Origin: an uncultured Acidobacteriota bacterium
Lineage (GTDB): Bacteria > Acidobacteriota > Thermoanaerobaculia > Multivoradales > UBA5704
Reading direction: 5' to 3'
Assembly (NCBI GenBank): GCA_963770895.1
Contig: CAVYRF010000002.1
Span: 2,080,001-2,144,000 of the forward strand
Length of the DNA stretch: 64,000 nt
Part shown: piece after piece, positions 49,101 through 58,800 of the stretch
How the letters are laid out: the number at the start of each line of letters is the position of its first letter
How positions within the stretch are numbered: the stretch's first letter is position 1
Notes under the pieces: generated by a model
Databases searched by the model: none
The model's input: the letters and a program-made list of their open reading frames with translations, nothing else
Told to the model about the DNA's origin: nothing
Position numbers and translations under genes: made by a program

Positions 49101-52100
49101 TGGCGGGGTTGGCAGGACTGGCCGGGCGACGGCGACGAGCTGCTGCATACGCCGTTCGAACGCCAGGCGGCGCTGCGGCCGGCGGCCGCGGCGGTGGTGG
49201 ACAGCCCGCCGGGCGACGCGGACGCCGAGCGCGTCCTGTCCTACGGCCAGCTGGCGGTCATGGCGGACCGCCTGGCGGCGATCCTCGCCGGCGCCGGGGT
49301 GGGTCCCGAAACGATCGTCGGCCTGTATGCCGCGCCGTCGCCGGCGCTCATCGCCGGCATGCTCGCCGTCCTCAAGGTGGGCGGCGCCTTTCTGCCCCTG
49401 GACGCCACCGCGCCGCGCGCCCGGATCGCCGAGCTGCTCGCCGACGCGGGAGCCGTGGCGGTGCTGACCGACGCCGCCGCCGACGGCGCCGGGGGCCTCA
49501 CCGCGCCGGCCGCGGACGTCTCGTGGGTCTCCCTGGCGGCTGTCGACGCCGGCGTGGCGGCGACCGTACTGCCGCCGCCGGCTGCCGCGGCGCGCCGCCT
49601 GGATCCCGACCTTGCGGCGTACGTGATCTATACCTCGGGGTCGAGCGGCCGGCCCAAGGGGGTCGTCGTCTCGCACCGGTCGATCGCCAACCGCATGCGC
49701 TTTCAGGTCGCCGCGGACCTGACTCCCGGCTCGCGCGTGCTGCAACGCTCCCGGCTGGCGTTCGACGTCTCGGTCGTCGAGGTCTTCGGGCCGCTGTGGG
49801 CCGGCGCCACGCTGGTGCTGACCGACGCGCAGCGCCTGCAGGACCCCGTCGCCTTGGCGCGGTCGATCGCCCGCGGCCGCATCACCAACGCCAACGTGCC
49901 GCCGGCGCTGCTGCCCGAGCTGCTCGCGCAGGAGGCCTTTCGCGCCGGCGGCTCGCTGCGGCGCGTCGTCGCCGGCGGCGACCGCATCCCGGGAGCGCTG
50001 CCGGGGCGCTTCTACGAGGCGATGGCGGCGCCGGCGCCGCTGCTCGTCGCGCGCTACGGCCCGACCGAGGCCACGGTCTCGATCACCGAGTGGGTCTGCG
50101 GGTGCGATCCGGAAGCGGCGACCGTGCCGCTCGGCCGGCCGATCGCCGGCACCCGCCTGTACGTGCTGGACGCGCGCGGCAGCGAGATGGCGCCGGGCGC
50201 GGCGGGCGAGCTCTGCCTGGGCGGCGTCTGCCTGGCGCGCGGCTACCTAGCGCGGCCCGATCTGACCGCCGCCGCCTTCGTCCCCGACCCCTTCGCGGAC
50301 GGCGCCGCGGGAGCCGGGGGGCGGCTGTATCGGACCGGCGATCTGGTGCGGCAGCGCGGCGACGGCGTGATTGAATTTCTGGGGCGCATCGACCGCCAGG
50401 TGAAGCTGCGCGGCTTCCGCGTCGAGCTGGCGGAAGTGGAGGTCGCGCTGGCGCGGCACCCGGAGGTAGCGGCGGCCGCGGTCGTCGACCGCGAAGACCC
50501 GCAAGGCAGCGGCAAGCGGCTGGTCGCCTACGTGGTGATCGAAGGCACCAGCGGTGCCGACGGTGCCGGGAGTGCCGGCGTCGCCGGCCTGGACGCCGCG
50601 GGCGCGGCGGGCGTCGCCGGCGCCTGGAACCAGCGGTTGCGCGACTTTCTGGCCGGCACCCTGCCTCCGTACATGGTCCCCGCCGCCGTCGTCGTGCTGC
50701 CGCGGCTGCCGCGCACCGCCAACGGCAAGATCGACCGCGCCGCCCTGCCCGAGCCGCTGTGGGCGGCGGCGGGGGCCGGCGAGCCGGAGCACGGCGCCCC
50801 GCGCACCCCCGTCGAGGAGCTGCTGGCCGAGTGCTGGCGCGAGCTGCTGGCGGTGCCTGGAGTCGGCCCGGACGACAGCTTTTTCGAGCTCGGCGGCCAC
50901 TCCCTGCTCGCCACGCGCCTGGTGGCGCGGGTGCGCGACGCCCTGCAGGTCGAGCTGCCCCTGCGCCGGGTGTTCGAAAGCCCGACCCTGGCCGCCCAGG
51001 CGCGCGACGTCGAGGCGTTGCTGCGCGGCCCCGACCACGGCGCCGGCGGGGAGGCACCGGGCGCCGGCGCGTTCGCGCCGGCGCCGCGCCTGGAGCGCCG
51101 GCCGGCCGCCGCCGGGCTGGTGCTGTCGTATGCCCAGGAGCGCTTGTGGTTCCTGACCCAGCTGGAGGTGGACAGCGCCGCCTACAACATCCCGGGCATG
51201 CTGCGGCTGCGCGGCCCGCTCGATCGCCGGGCGCTGGCCGCCAGCCTGCGCGAGATCGTGCGCCGCCACCAGGTGCTGCGCTGCGTCTACCCGTCCGACG
51301 GCGGGCGGCCGGCGCAGGTCGACCTGGCGGACCTGGCGTTGGCGATGCCGTTCATCGATCTCTCGGGTCTGGCCGCGCCGGCGGACCCCAGAACCGAGGC
51401 GCGGCGGCTGGGCGAGCGGCTGGGCCGCCGCCCCTTCGATCTCGCGGCCGGCCCGGTGCTGGTCGTCGCCCTGTGCCGGCTGGGCGCGGACGAGCACCGG
51501 CTGCTGCTGGTGCTGCACCACATCGCCGCCGACGGCTGGTCGGTGGGGGTGTTCCTGCGCGAGCTGCGCGAGCTGTACGGCGTCTTTGCGGGCGGCGGCG
51601 GCCGGGGATCGGCGCCGCCGCTCCCGGCGCTGCCGGTGCAGTACGCCGACTACGCCCACTGGCAGCGCTCCTGGCTGGCGGGGGACGTCCTGGACGGTCA
51701 CCTGGCGTACTGGCGCCAGGCGCTGGCCGGCGCGCCGCCGCGTCTCGACCTGCCTGCCGACCGGCCGCGGCCCGCGGTGCGCAGCGATCGCGGCGCGCAG
51801 ACCGAGGTCGCCGTCGGCAGCCAGGTCCTGGAGCCGCTGCGCGGCTGGGGGCGGCGGCAGGGCGCGACGCTGTTCATGGTCCTGCTCGCCGCCTTCGACG
51901 TGCTGCTGCATCGCCTGACGGGCGAAGTCGACCTGGTGGTCGGAACACCCATCGCCAACCGCGAGCGCCGCGAGATCGAGGGCTTGATCGGCTGCTTCGT
52001 CAACACCTTGGCGCTGCGCGCGGACCTGTCGGGCGCGCCGGCCTTCGCCTCCCTGGTGGAGCAGGTCAAGCGCCGGACGCTGGCGGCCTTCGCGCATCAG

Positions 52101-52820
52101 GCGCTGCCCTTTGAGCGCCTGGTGGAGGCGCTGGCGCCGCGGCGCGACCAGGCCGACACGCCGCTCTTCCAGGTGATGTTGGTGCTGCAGAACATCGGTT
52201 CGGCGCCGCTTTGGACGCCGGGCGGCGCGGCGGGCCTGACCCTGGAACCTGCCGAGGTCGGCAGCGCCATCGCCAAGTTCGACCTCACCGTGGTGGCGAT
52301 CGAAAGCGGCGGCGGTCTGCGCCTGACCTTCGAGTACAGCACCGACCTGTTCGACGGCGCCACCGTCAAGCGGCTGGCGCGCCAGCTGGCGGCCCTGCTG
52401 ACCCACGCCGCCGATGGCGCCGCCGGCGTGCAGGACCCGGCGGTCGCGCCGGCGGTCGCCGACCTGCCGCTGCTCGGCGCCGCGGAACGCCAGCAGATCC
52501 GGGAGTGGAACTCGACCGCGGTGGACTGGCCGCGCGAGCTCTGCCTGCACCACCTGGTCGAGCGCCAGGCGCGCCGCACGCCGCGGGCCGTGGCGGTCAC
52601 CGCCGAGCCGCCCGCCGGCGCCGTCGCTGCCGCCGACGGCGCCGGCGGCGCTGCCCCCGGGGGGCGGGCGACCACGAGAGCCTCACCTACGCGGCTCTGG
52701 ATCGCCGCGCCGACCGCCTGGCGCGGCGGCTCGCAGCCCGCGGCGTGGGTCCGGACACCGTTGTGGCGATCTGCGTCGAGCGGTCGCTGGCGCTGGTCGT
52801 CGGCCTGCTCGCCATCCTGA
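40155..52820 (+). CDS. NRPS, 5' part: T(ACP)-C-A-T-T-C-A-T-C-A-T-C (frameshifted near 52660)
   Basis: LGVDSL; HHVVAD, HHIVGD, HHIVSD, HHIAAD; three YTSGS.G.PKG and YGPTE; four GGHSL; start estimated at GTG 40155 after GGGAGA. Confidence 0.93.
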   Translation: MLAETTDQSTDRRREALSGALRRQVAQILDTDPAGLPLDRPLVALGVDSLAAAELAEAIESTFGVRLELAELFAGLTLDELAERIWTAGPLSGAGAAAGAAPQGASAHQASPAAAAERLSWGQRALWLVDRLAPGNPAYVIAGAARVRGALDVPRFRRAVEQLVARHAALRANLVESGEGADAVALVTRAEPTCDFREVDADGDSDQDVAATLARLAYAPFDLAAEPLLRVVLCHRGADDPWLAIAVHHVVADFASMGILVDQLGALYRGERLAPLAATYQDFVRAEAELLASPEGERLAEHWRQALPPGLPALDLPTDRPRPALQTFRGATREMRLPAAVSARLRSLAAELGATPFMALLAVFLVLMERQTGQEQVLVGTPTSGRPGAAFTGVVGYFVNPVVVRGDLSGDPAFATVLARVRESVLAALAHQRLPFPLIAERLAAERDPSRPPVFQAMFGLYRERHGADAGLTGLALGASGIGLDLGGLDLASEALARPGAQFELNLAMGDTGGAFAGALEYNADLFDAATALRLLGQLTVLATAVAGDGEGAGIPGAAGAAGVADRRISQLPLLSAAEAQQLREWNDTSAAFPGEPCLHELIAAQAARTPGVKAVEAAGADGRWASLTYRELEARASHLAGRLRRLGVGPDTVVAITAERSLGLMVGLLGILKAGGAYLPLDPEYPRDRLDYMLRDSGARVLLVQGAMARPPAEGPAVTLLLDDPAAPAPGRGGDPPRAPGAAPAARPDNLAYVIYTSGSSGRPKGTMNSHRGIVNRLTWMRQQFPLGPGDRVLQKTPAGFDVSVWELFWPLLTGARLVMAAPGGHRDSAYLLRTLAERQITYAHFVPAMLRVFLDHLEGDPPPTAARSRLRRPLPRLQCILASGEALPYDVQQRCHALLGVPLHNLYGPTEAAVEVTRWACVPTGAPADPEAPRPVVPIGRPLANTSIHLLDRWGGKVPAGVPGELHIGGVQLARGYLGRPELTAEKFVPDPYAQLGGQRLYRSGDVARHRTDGAIEFLGRADNQVKIRGVRTELGEIEAALARHPAVAEALAVAVAAAGDADGPRLAAYLVLTGAPPGDPEVVAGSGGSGPEALIAELRRSLRESLPEPMVPAAFMVLAALPLSANGKLDRKALPAPDWGTAAAAASRRPGALTPTETILAGIWAELLGREEVAAEDSFFDLGGHSLLATRLVSRVRRAFGIELPLGRVFARPTLGALAGDIAARIADGAAAGSGDSLGARGSAGGGTTTAAPTARRARRAALARRADAATGATGAAAARAALLEDRVAAIGRGADPAQAAATLAGIWAELLEHAEIAAQDNFFDLGGHSLLANRLVSRVRQTFGVELPLNSAFANPTLAAMAGEIVARMSGGGDAAADSSLPAALADGSAATVLSFAQERIWFVSQLAPDSAGYNMPGTLRLRGRLAAPEYKALAGALQEIVRRHEVLRSTYPAGADDSGLPLQVVSPDCGVALPLIDLTGLVQAAAATGEAVAAALGRQPFLLATGPLLRTALLRLAADDHLLVVVLHHIVGDGWSVGIFLRELAQLHAAFAAGEPSPLPELALQYADFARWQRRWLNDAALAAPLAFWRQALAGAPARLALPTDRPRPATQSSRGARLTLPVPEAMESELRRVARRDGATLFMVLLAAFDLLLWRWSGEADLVVGVPVANRDRLEIEGLIGCFVNTLALRVDVAGNPTLAEVLARARQASLAAFAHQEMPFEQLVEALAPRRDPSATPLFQVALAVQGRWEGMTPAGIGHWLRLEPRPVDIGVAKFDLTVEAEEAPGYLSLAFEYCRDLFDPATMLRLASRFGRMLDVLTSGDVQRGSADLDLLAEAERHQLLVEWAGGAAAWSPPTTLHEAFAMQARRQPAAVALTCGGASLTWGELDRRSTRLARRLRRMGVGPEVCVAVWLDRSPEMVVALLGVLKSGGAYVPFDASFPRRRWERILIETGATVLLTREGRRESLPLDPAAYGVSVLCLDGADPAASADPDSAGNEMDGNAGADRDIARLAAGPDNLAYVMYTSGSSGEPKGVGVVHRGVVRLVRDNRLFDFGPGQVFLQVLPLAFDASTLEIWGPLLNGNRLVLFPPGLPDRDGLREVVERQGVTAIVLTTSLFHQLAEGGLGALRSLCQLVTGGEALSPPLAHRAWRELPATVLINAYGPTEGTVAAACYPMRGAALPAGDGPRAPAASGGAVPIGRPIADTTIRVCDRSGQPVPAGVAGEILIGGGGLARGYLGRPDLTAERFVPDPWSGHGAAAAAGAGWRLYRTGDLARWLPDGNLEFLGRIDHQVKLRGFRIEPGEIEACLVRHPDVERGVVQVREAAPGDRRLVAYVVPKAGAAASPEFVGALRTALAHELPAFMVPAAFVFLAALPLTMSGKLDARALPPPVWGAPAGAASFIAPRTPTEQLVADLWAELLAVPAVGAGDDFFALGGHSLLAVRAVARLREVLGVEIPLARHFELPRLADLARELDALGRQALAVPLVRLRQRAALPLSFGQERLWFLDRLAPGSPAYNVPAALGLRGCLHRAALAASLGAIRQRHEVLRTTFVERDGGVVAVVAGDATPCAMALPLIDLRALPADLRARVASELAAGEARRAFDLAAGPLLRAVLLRLAGVGDDAEHWLLLTLHHIVSDGWSVDILARELSFLYRGALAAPGVSGGAAQGLLPSLPIQYADFAAWQRAWLTGETLAVELRFWRRQLAGERGLPPALVVPLDRPRPAGPTERGARRAWSVPQSCLDGLSAAARRHGATLFMLLLAAFDTLLLRHGGESDLAVGTPVANRDRLETQDLVGLFVNTLVLRVDAGGDPSFAELVGRARRTAMDAYAHQDLPFDKLVGELAPQRRAGAPDTPFFQVALALQTSPPALTLPGLRAQALDFDSGTAKFDLSLSIFGRDGDGLAGTWTYRSELFDAATVARLGGQLGHLLAAVAGNAGGATGAGGWHRRLADLPLLGTGERHQVLVEWNVADWRGWQDWPGDGDELLHTPFERQAALRPAAAAVVDSPPGDADAERVLSYGQLAVMADRLAAILAGAGVGPETIVGLYAAPSPALIAGMLAVLKVGGAFLPLDATAPRARIAELLADAGAVAVLTDAAADGAGGLTAPAADVSWVSLAAVDAGVAATVLPPPAAAARRLDPDLAAYVIYTSGSSGRPKGVVVSHRSIANRMRFQVAADLTPGSRVLQRSRLAFDVSVVEVFGPLWAGATLVLTDAQRLQDPVALARSIARGRITNANVPPALLPELLAQEAFRAGGSLRRVVAGGDRIPGALPGRFYEAMAAPAPLLVARYGPTEATVSITEWVCGCDPEAATVPLGRPIAGTRLYVLDARGSEMAPGAAGELCLGGVCLARGYLARPDLTAAAFVPDPFADGAAGAGGRLYRTGDLVRQRGDGVIEFLGRIDRQVKLRGFRVELAEVEVALARHPEVAAAAVVDREDPQGSGKRLVAYVVIEGTSGADGAGSAGVAGLDAAGAAGVAGAWNQRLRDFLAGTLPPYMVPAAVVVLPRLPRTANGKIDRAALPEPLWAAAGAGEPEHGAPRTPVEELLAECWRELLAVPGVGPDDSFFELGGHSLLATRLVARVRDALQVELPLRRVFESPTLAAQARDVEALLRGPDHGAGGEAPGAGAFAPAPRLERRPAAAGLVLSYAQERLWFLTQLEVDSAAYNIPGMLRLRGPLDRRALAASLREIVRRHQVLRCVYPSDGGRPAQVDLADLALAMPFIDLSGLAAPADPRTEARRLGERLGRRPFDLAAGPVLVVALCRLGADEHRLLLVLHHIAADGWSVGVFLRELRELYGVFAGGGGRGSAPPLPALPVQYADYAHWQRSWLAGDVLDGHLAYWRQALAGAPPRLDLPADRPRPAVRSDRGAQTEVAVGSQVLEPLRGWGRRQGATLFMVLLAAFDVLLHRLTGEVDLVVGTPIANRERREIEGLIGCFVNTLALRADLSGAPAFASLVEQVKRRTLAAFAHQALPFERLVEALAPRRDQADTPLFQVMLVLQNIGSAPLWTPGGAAGLTLEPAEVGSAIAKFDLTVVAIESGGGLRLTFEYSTDLFDGATVKRLARQLAALLTHAADGAAGVQDPAVAPAVADLPLLGAAERQQIREWNSTAVDWPRELCLHHLVERQARRTPRAVAVTAEPPAGAVAAADGAGGAAPGGRATTRASPTRLWIAAPTAWRGGSQPAAWVRTPLWRSASSGRWRWSSACSPS
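43640..44250 (+). repeat. Intragenic duplication giving tandem thiolation domains
   Basis: CCTGGCCGGCATCTGGGCCGAGCTGCT ... TTCTTCGACCTGGGGGGCCA ... CGCCTGGTGTCGCGGGTACGGC occurs at about 43640 and 44072. Confidence 0.85.
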
Positions 52821-55800
52821 AGGCGGGAGGAGCCTACCTGCCGCTCGACCCGGACTACCCGGCCGAGCGCCTGCGCTTCATGCTGCGCGACTCGGGCGCC
52901 CGCCTGCTGCTCACCACGGCGGCGCCGGCCGCGGGGCCCGCCTGGGCCGGCGGCGACGCGGGTGAGCCGGCGGTCGAAACCCTTTGCGTCGACGAGCCGG
53001 CCGTCGCGGGACCGGCACCCCGCGAGGCCGGTCGCCGGTTGCCGGGCCGGGCGCGAGCGCTGCCCGATCATCTGGCCTACGTGATCTACACCTCGGGTTC
53101 GACCGGCCGGCCGAAGGGGACGATGAACACCCACCGCGGCATCGTCAATCGGCTCCTCTGGATGCAGGACCAGTATCGGCTGCAGGCGGACGACCGGGTG
53201 CTGCAAAAGACGCCGGTCAGTTTCGACGTGTCGGTGTGGGAGCTGTTCTGGCCGCTCGCCACCGGCGCGCGGCTGGTCATGGCCCGCCCCGCCGGACACC
53301 GCGACGTCGCCTATCTGCGCCGCGTGCTGGTCGAGCAGGCCATCACCACCTTGCACTTCGTGCCATCGATGCTGCGCGCCTTCCTGGACGATTGGCGATC
53401 CCAGGAGGCGGACGCCGGCGGGGTGCCGCGTGGTGGCAGCCTGCGGCGGGTGATGGCCAGCGGCGAGGCGCTCGACGACGATTTGCAGGCCGCGTTCCAC
53501 GCCGCGCTCGACGCGCCGCTGCACAACCTGTACGGCCCGACCGAGGCCGCCGTGGACGTCACCTTCTGGGCCTGCGTCCGGCAGGACGACCCGCGGCGGG
53601 TAGTGCCCATCGGCAGGCCGGTCGCCAACACCGCGATTGCTCTGCTCGACCGCGCCGGCCGGGAGGTGCCGATCGGCGTCGCGGGGGAGCTGTATATCAG
53701 CGGCGTGCAGCTGGCGCGCGGCTACCTGCGGCGGCCGGCGCTGACCGCGGAGAGGTTCGTGCCCGCCGCCGTCGCGGCCGGCGGCGGCGAGGCGGACGGC
53801 GACCGCGCCTACCGCACCGGCGACGTGGCCCGCTGGCTGCCAGATGGCGCGATCGACTTCCTGGGCCGCGCCGACGCGCAGGTGAAGATTCGCGGCGTGC
53901 GCATCGAGCCGGCGGAGATCGCGGCGGCGATCGCGCGCCATCCCGCGGTGCGGCAGGCGGTGGTGGTCACGGCGCCGCATCCGGCGGCGGGCGACCACCG
54001 GCTGGTCGCCTACCTGGTCCCCGACCCGGTGTGCGCCGCGCCGCTGGCGGTCCGGGCGCCGGTCGCGGCCGTCGCGGAGCCGGTGGCGAGCGACCTGTAC
54101 GAGCTGCCCAACGGCCTGACGGTGGCCAGCCTGAACCGCGGCGAAACCGACTTTCTCTACCAGGAGATCTTCGCCGGGCAAGGGTACCTCCGGCACGGCA
54201 TCCGCCTGGCGGAGGGCGATTGCGTCTTCGACGTCGGCGCCAACATCGGGATGTTCACCCTGTTCGTCGGCCAGCGGCTGCGCGACGTGACGATCTTCGC
54301 CTTCGAGCCGATTCCGCCCGTGTACCAGACTCTGCGCGTCAATGCCGAGCGGTACGGCCTGCGGGCGCGGCTGTTCGAGTGCGCCCTGGCGGATGCGCCG
54401 GGGACCGCCGAGCTCACGTACTACCCGCACGCCACGTTGATCTCGGGCCGCCACGCCGACGCCGACGCCGAGCGGCGGGTGGTGCGCGGCTTCCTGCGCG
54501 GCCGGCCCGGCGGCAGCGACGAGCCGAACCTGGTCGAGGAGCTGCTGGACGAGCGGCTGCGGTCCGAGCGTGTCGCGGCCCGCCTGCGCACGCTCTCCGA
54601 GGTGATCGCCGAGCACGCGGTCGAGCGCATCGACCTGCTCAAGGTGGACGTCGAAAAGGCGGAGCTGGAGGTGTTGCGCGGTCTGCGCGACCAGGACTGG
54701 GCCAAGGTCCGGCAGGTCGTCGTCGAAGTCCACGACGTCGCCGGCCGGCTGCAGGAGATCGTCGCCCTGCTCGGCCGCCACGGTTTCCAGGTCGCCGTCG
54801 AGCAGGACACGGCGCTGGCCGAAACCGTGTTGTACAACCTGTACGCCCGGCGTCCCGACGCCGGTCCCGATGCTGCCGCGGCGGTGCCGGTGCCGCCGTC
54901 CGGCGCCGCCGGGCGCGTCTGGTCGAGCCGTCGCGAGCTGTTCGCGGAGCTGCGCGAGCAGCTGGCGGCGGCGCTGCCGGACGTCATGGTGCCGTCGGCG
55001 TTCGTGGTGGTGCCGGCGCTGCCGCTCACCCCCAGCGGCAAGGTCGACCGCCGGGCACTGCCGGCGCCGGATTGGGACGACGTCCAAGGCGTCGGTGGGA
55101 TGGCGAACGGCGGCGCGATGGGCCGCGTGGCGCCGGGCGATGCGCGCCAGGAGCTGCTGGCCGGCATGTTCGCGGAGCTGCTGGGGCTGGCCCCGGAGCG
55201 CTTTGGCATCCACGACAGTTTCTTTGCCCTGGGCGGCCACTCGCTGCTGGCGACGCAGCTGGTGTCGCGGGTGCGGCGGGCGTTCGGCGTGGAGCTGCCG
55301 GTGCGGATCGTCTTCCAGCATCCGACCGTCGCCGGCCTGGGCGGCGCCATCGCCGGTCTGGACGCGCCAGCGGCGGCGCCGCCGCTCGGGCCGCGGCACG
55401 GTCCGGGGCCGGCGCCGCTGTCGTTTGCGCAGCAGCGGATCTGGTTTCTCGATCGCCTCGCCGGCGGCGCCGACCACTCCTACAACATCCCGGCGGGCCT
55501 GCGCCTGGAGGGGTACCTGGACGCGGCGGCCATGGCGCGAACGCTCGGCGCCATCGCCCGCCGTCACCAGGTGCTGCGCACGGTGTTCGTCGAGACCGCG
55601 GCCGGACCGCTGCAGGTGGTGCGCCCGGCGCCGGCGGCGGCGCTGCCCATCCCGCTGGTCGACCTGGCCGCCCTGGCGGCGCCGGCGGCAAGGGAGGGCG
55701 AGGCGGCGCGGCTGCTGGCTGCCGAGGCGCGGCGCCACTTCGACCTGGCGAGCGAGCCGCCGCTGCGCGCCTCGCTGCTGCGCCTGACGGCGCGGGAGCA

Positions 55801-58800
55801 CCACCTGCTGGTGACCCAGCACCACGTCGCGAGCGACGGCTGGTCGCTGGGGATCCTGGTGGGCGAGCTCGCCGCTATCTACGGCTCGCTGGTGGCCGGC
55901 AAGCGGGATGCCGTCGTCAGCGCCGCCCGCCTGCCGGCGCTGCCCATCCAATATGCCGACTTCGCGGTCTGGCAACGCGATTGGCTCGCCGGTCCGGTGC
56001 TGGAGCGCGAGCTGGCCTGGTGGCGGCGGCGACTGGCCGGCGCGCCGGCGCAGCTGGATCTGCCGGCGGATCGGCCGCGGCCGGCGGTCAAGAGCGGGCG
56101 TGGCGCGGCGTGCCCGGTCGAGCTTTCTCCGAGCGTGGGCGCGGCGCTCGCCGGCGCCGGCCGGCGCCAATCGGCGACGCTCGCCATGGGGCTCCTGGCC
56201 GGCTTCGCGGCGCTGCTGGGCCGTCACGGCAACCAGCGCGACCTGTCGCTCGGCATGCCGGTGGCGGGCCGCAACCGGCTGGAGATCGAAGGCCTGATCG
56301 GTTGCTTCGTCAACACCCTGGTGCTGCGCGTCGACCTCGCCGCGGCGGCGACCTTCGGCGGCTTGATGGCGCAGGTGCGGGAGTCGCTGCTGGACGCCCA
56401 GCTGCACCAGGATCTGCCGTTCGAAAAGCTGGTCGAAGAGCTGGAGCCGGGCCGCAGCCTGGCGGCGGCGCCGCTTTTCCAGGCGCTGCTCACCGTCCAG
56501 AACGCCCCCCTGCCGCCCCTGGTTCTGCCCGGTCTGACGGCGACGCCGCTGGCCTCCCCCGCGGTCACCGCCGCCAAGTTCGATCTCAGCTTGAACCTGG
56601 GCGAGACGGCCGCGGGAGGGGTGAGCGGCCTGCTCACCTACAGCACCGACCTGTTCGACGGCGCCACGGCGGTGCGGCTCGCCGCGCACCTGGCGGCGCT
56701 GCTGGCGGCGGCGGCGGCGGCGCCGGCGGCACCGCTGGGCGAGCTGCCACTGCTGTCTGCCGCGGAGCGCCACCAGCTGCTGGCCGAGTGGAACGACACC
56801 CCGACCGCGCAACCGGCCATGGCGGCGGGCTGCCTGCACGAGTTGGCGGCGTCGTGGGCGGCGGCGGAGCCGGACGCGGTGGCGGTGGTCTGCGAGCGCG
56901 AGGCGCTCAGCCGCGGCGAGCTGGACCGCCGCGCCGGGCGGCTGGCGCGCCGGCTGCGCGCGGTGGGCGTCGGCCCGGAAGAGGTGGTGGCCATCCGGCT
57001 GGACCTGGGGCTGGATGCGATCGTCGCCGTCCTGGCGACGCTCAAGAGCGGCGGCGCCTACCTGGCGCTCGACGCCGATCTGCCGGCGCAGCGCTGCGCG
57101 GCGATCCTCGCCGACGCCCGCCCGCGCGCGCTGCTCTGCCGCGGAGCGGCGCCCGCGGGGTGCGCCGTCCCGGTGATCGATCCGGCCGCCGTCGATCCCG
57201 GCCCGGCCGCCGGCAGCGACGGCGACGGTGACGGCGATGCCGCCGGCGCCCGTCTGCCGGCGGTCGATCCGGCCAACCTGGCCTACGTGATCTACACCTC
57301 GGGTTCGACCGGCACCCCGAAGCGCGTCGGCATCGAGCACCGGCAGGTCACCGCCTACCTGCCGGCGGTCCTGGCGCGCCTGGGGCTGCCGCGGCAGGCG
57401 CTGCTGTCGCTCCACCAGACGCTGGCCGTGGACGCGCCGGCGACGCAGCTTTTCGCGGCGCTGTGCTACGGCGCGGCGTTGCAGCTGGTGGTGCGCGAGC
57501 GCGCGCTGGACCCCGAGCGGGCCGCCGACTACTTTGCCGCACAGCCGGTCGATTTCCTGAAGATCGCTCCCAGCCACCTGGGTGCCCTGCTGCTGGGAAC
57601 GCGGCCGCGGGACATCCTGCCGCGGCGGCTGACCATGGTGGGCGGCGAGGCGATCTTCTGGCCGCTGGCCGAGCAGATCGCGGCGCTCGCAGGCGGCGGC
57701 CGGCTGCTCAATCACTACGGTCCGACCGAGGCCACGGTGGGGGTGCTCACGCACTGGGTGGAGGTGCCGGAGGGCGCGCGGCCGGGCGTGGGCAGCGTCC
57801 CCATCGGGCGGCCGCTCGCCAGCGTCCGCGCCTACGTGCTGGACGCCCAGCTGCTGCCGGTCGCGGCAGGGCTCGCCGGCGAGCTCTTCATCGGCGGGCC
57901 GCAGGTGACGCGCGGCTACCTGGGCCGCGGCGACCTCACGGCGGAGCGCTTCCGCCCCGATCCGTGGGCGCCGGAGCCCGGCGGCCGCATGTATGGCACC
58001 GGCGACCAGGTGCGCGCCGGCCGCGACGGCGTCGTGACGTTTCTGGGCCGCACCGACTTCCAGGTCAAGATCCGCGGCTTCCGCATCGAGCTGGGAGAGA
58101 TCGAGGCGGCGCTGCAGGCGCTGCCGGAGGTGGCGGCGGCGGCGGTTGTGGCGCGGGGCGCGGCCGGCGGCGAGCCGCGCCTGGCGGCCTACGTGGTACC
58201 GCGCCCGGGGACGGCGCCGACAGCCCTGGCGCTGCGGCAGGCTCTGGCCGGGCGGCTGCCCGCGCCGATGGTGCCGCGCGACGTGGTGCTGCTCGCCGAC
58301 CTGCCGCGCACCGGCCACGGCAAGCTCGACCGCAAGGCCCTGCCGGAACCGGCGGCCGAGCCGGCAACCGACTTTGCCGCGGCGGCCGGCGGGCGGCTTG
58401 GGGCGACCGTGGCGACCGTAGGGATCGGGGTGGCGCTCGGCGACGCCGTGGAGCTGGCGCTGGCGGACGCCTGGAGCCTGCTGCTCGGCCAGGCGCCGGC
58501 CAGCCGCGAGCAGAGCTTCTTCGACGCCGGCGGCCACTCGCTGCTGGCGATGCAGCTCGCGGCGCACCTGCGGCGCAGCCTGGGCGTCGAGCTGCCGCTG
58601 CGGGCGCTCTTCGAGGCCCCGGCGTTCGGCGCCGTCGCCGAGCGGCTGCGTCAGGTGGCGGCCGCCGGGACGGGCGCCCAGCTGCCGCCGCTCGCGCCCG
58701 TCGCCGGCCGCGGCACCGAGCTGCCGCTGTCCTTTGCCCAGCAGCGGCTGTGGTTTCTCGACCAGCTGCAACCGGGCAGCGCGGTCTACAACATGCCCTA

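Noticed and set aside
57290-57330. A5 P-loop variant PKRV instead of PKGV as an inactivating change
   Set aside because: Lys and all other cores are intact; insufficient evidence of lost function
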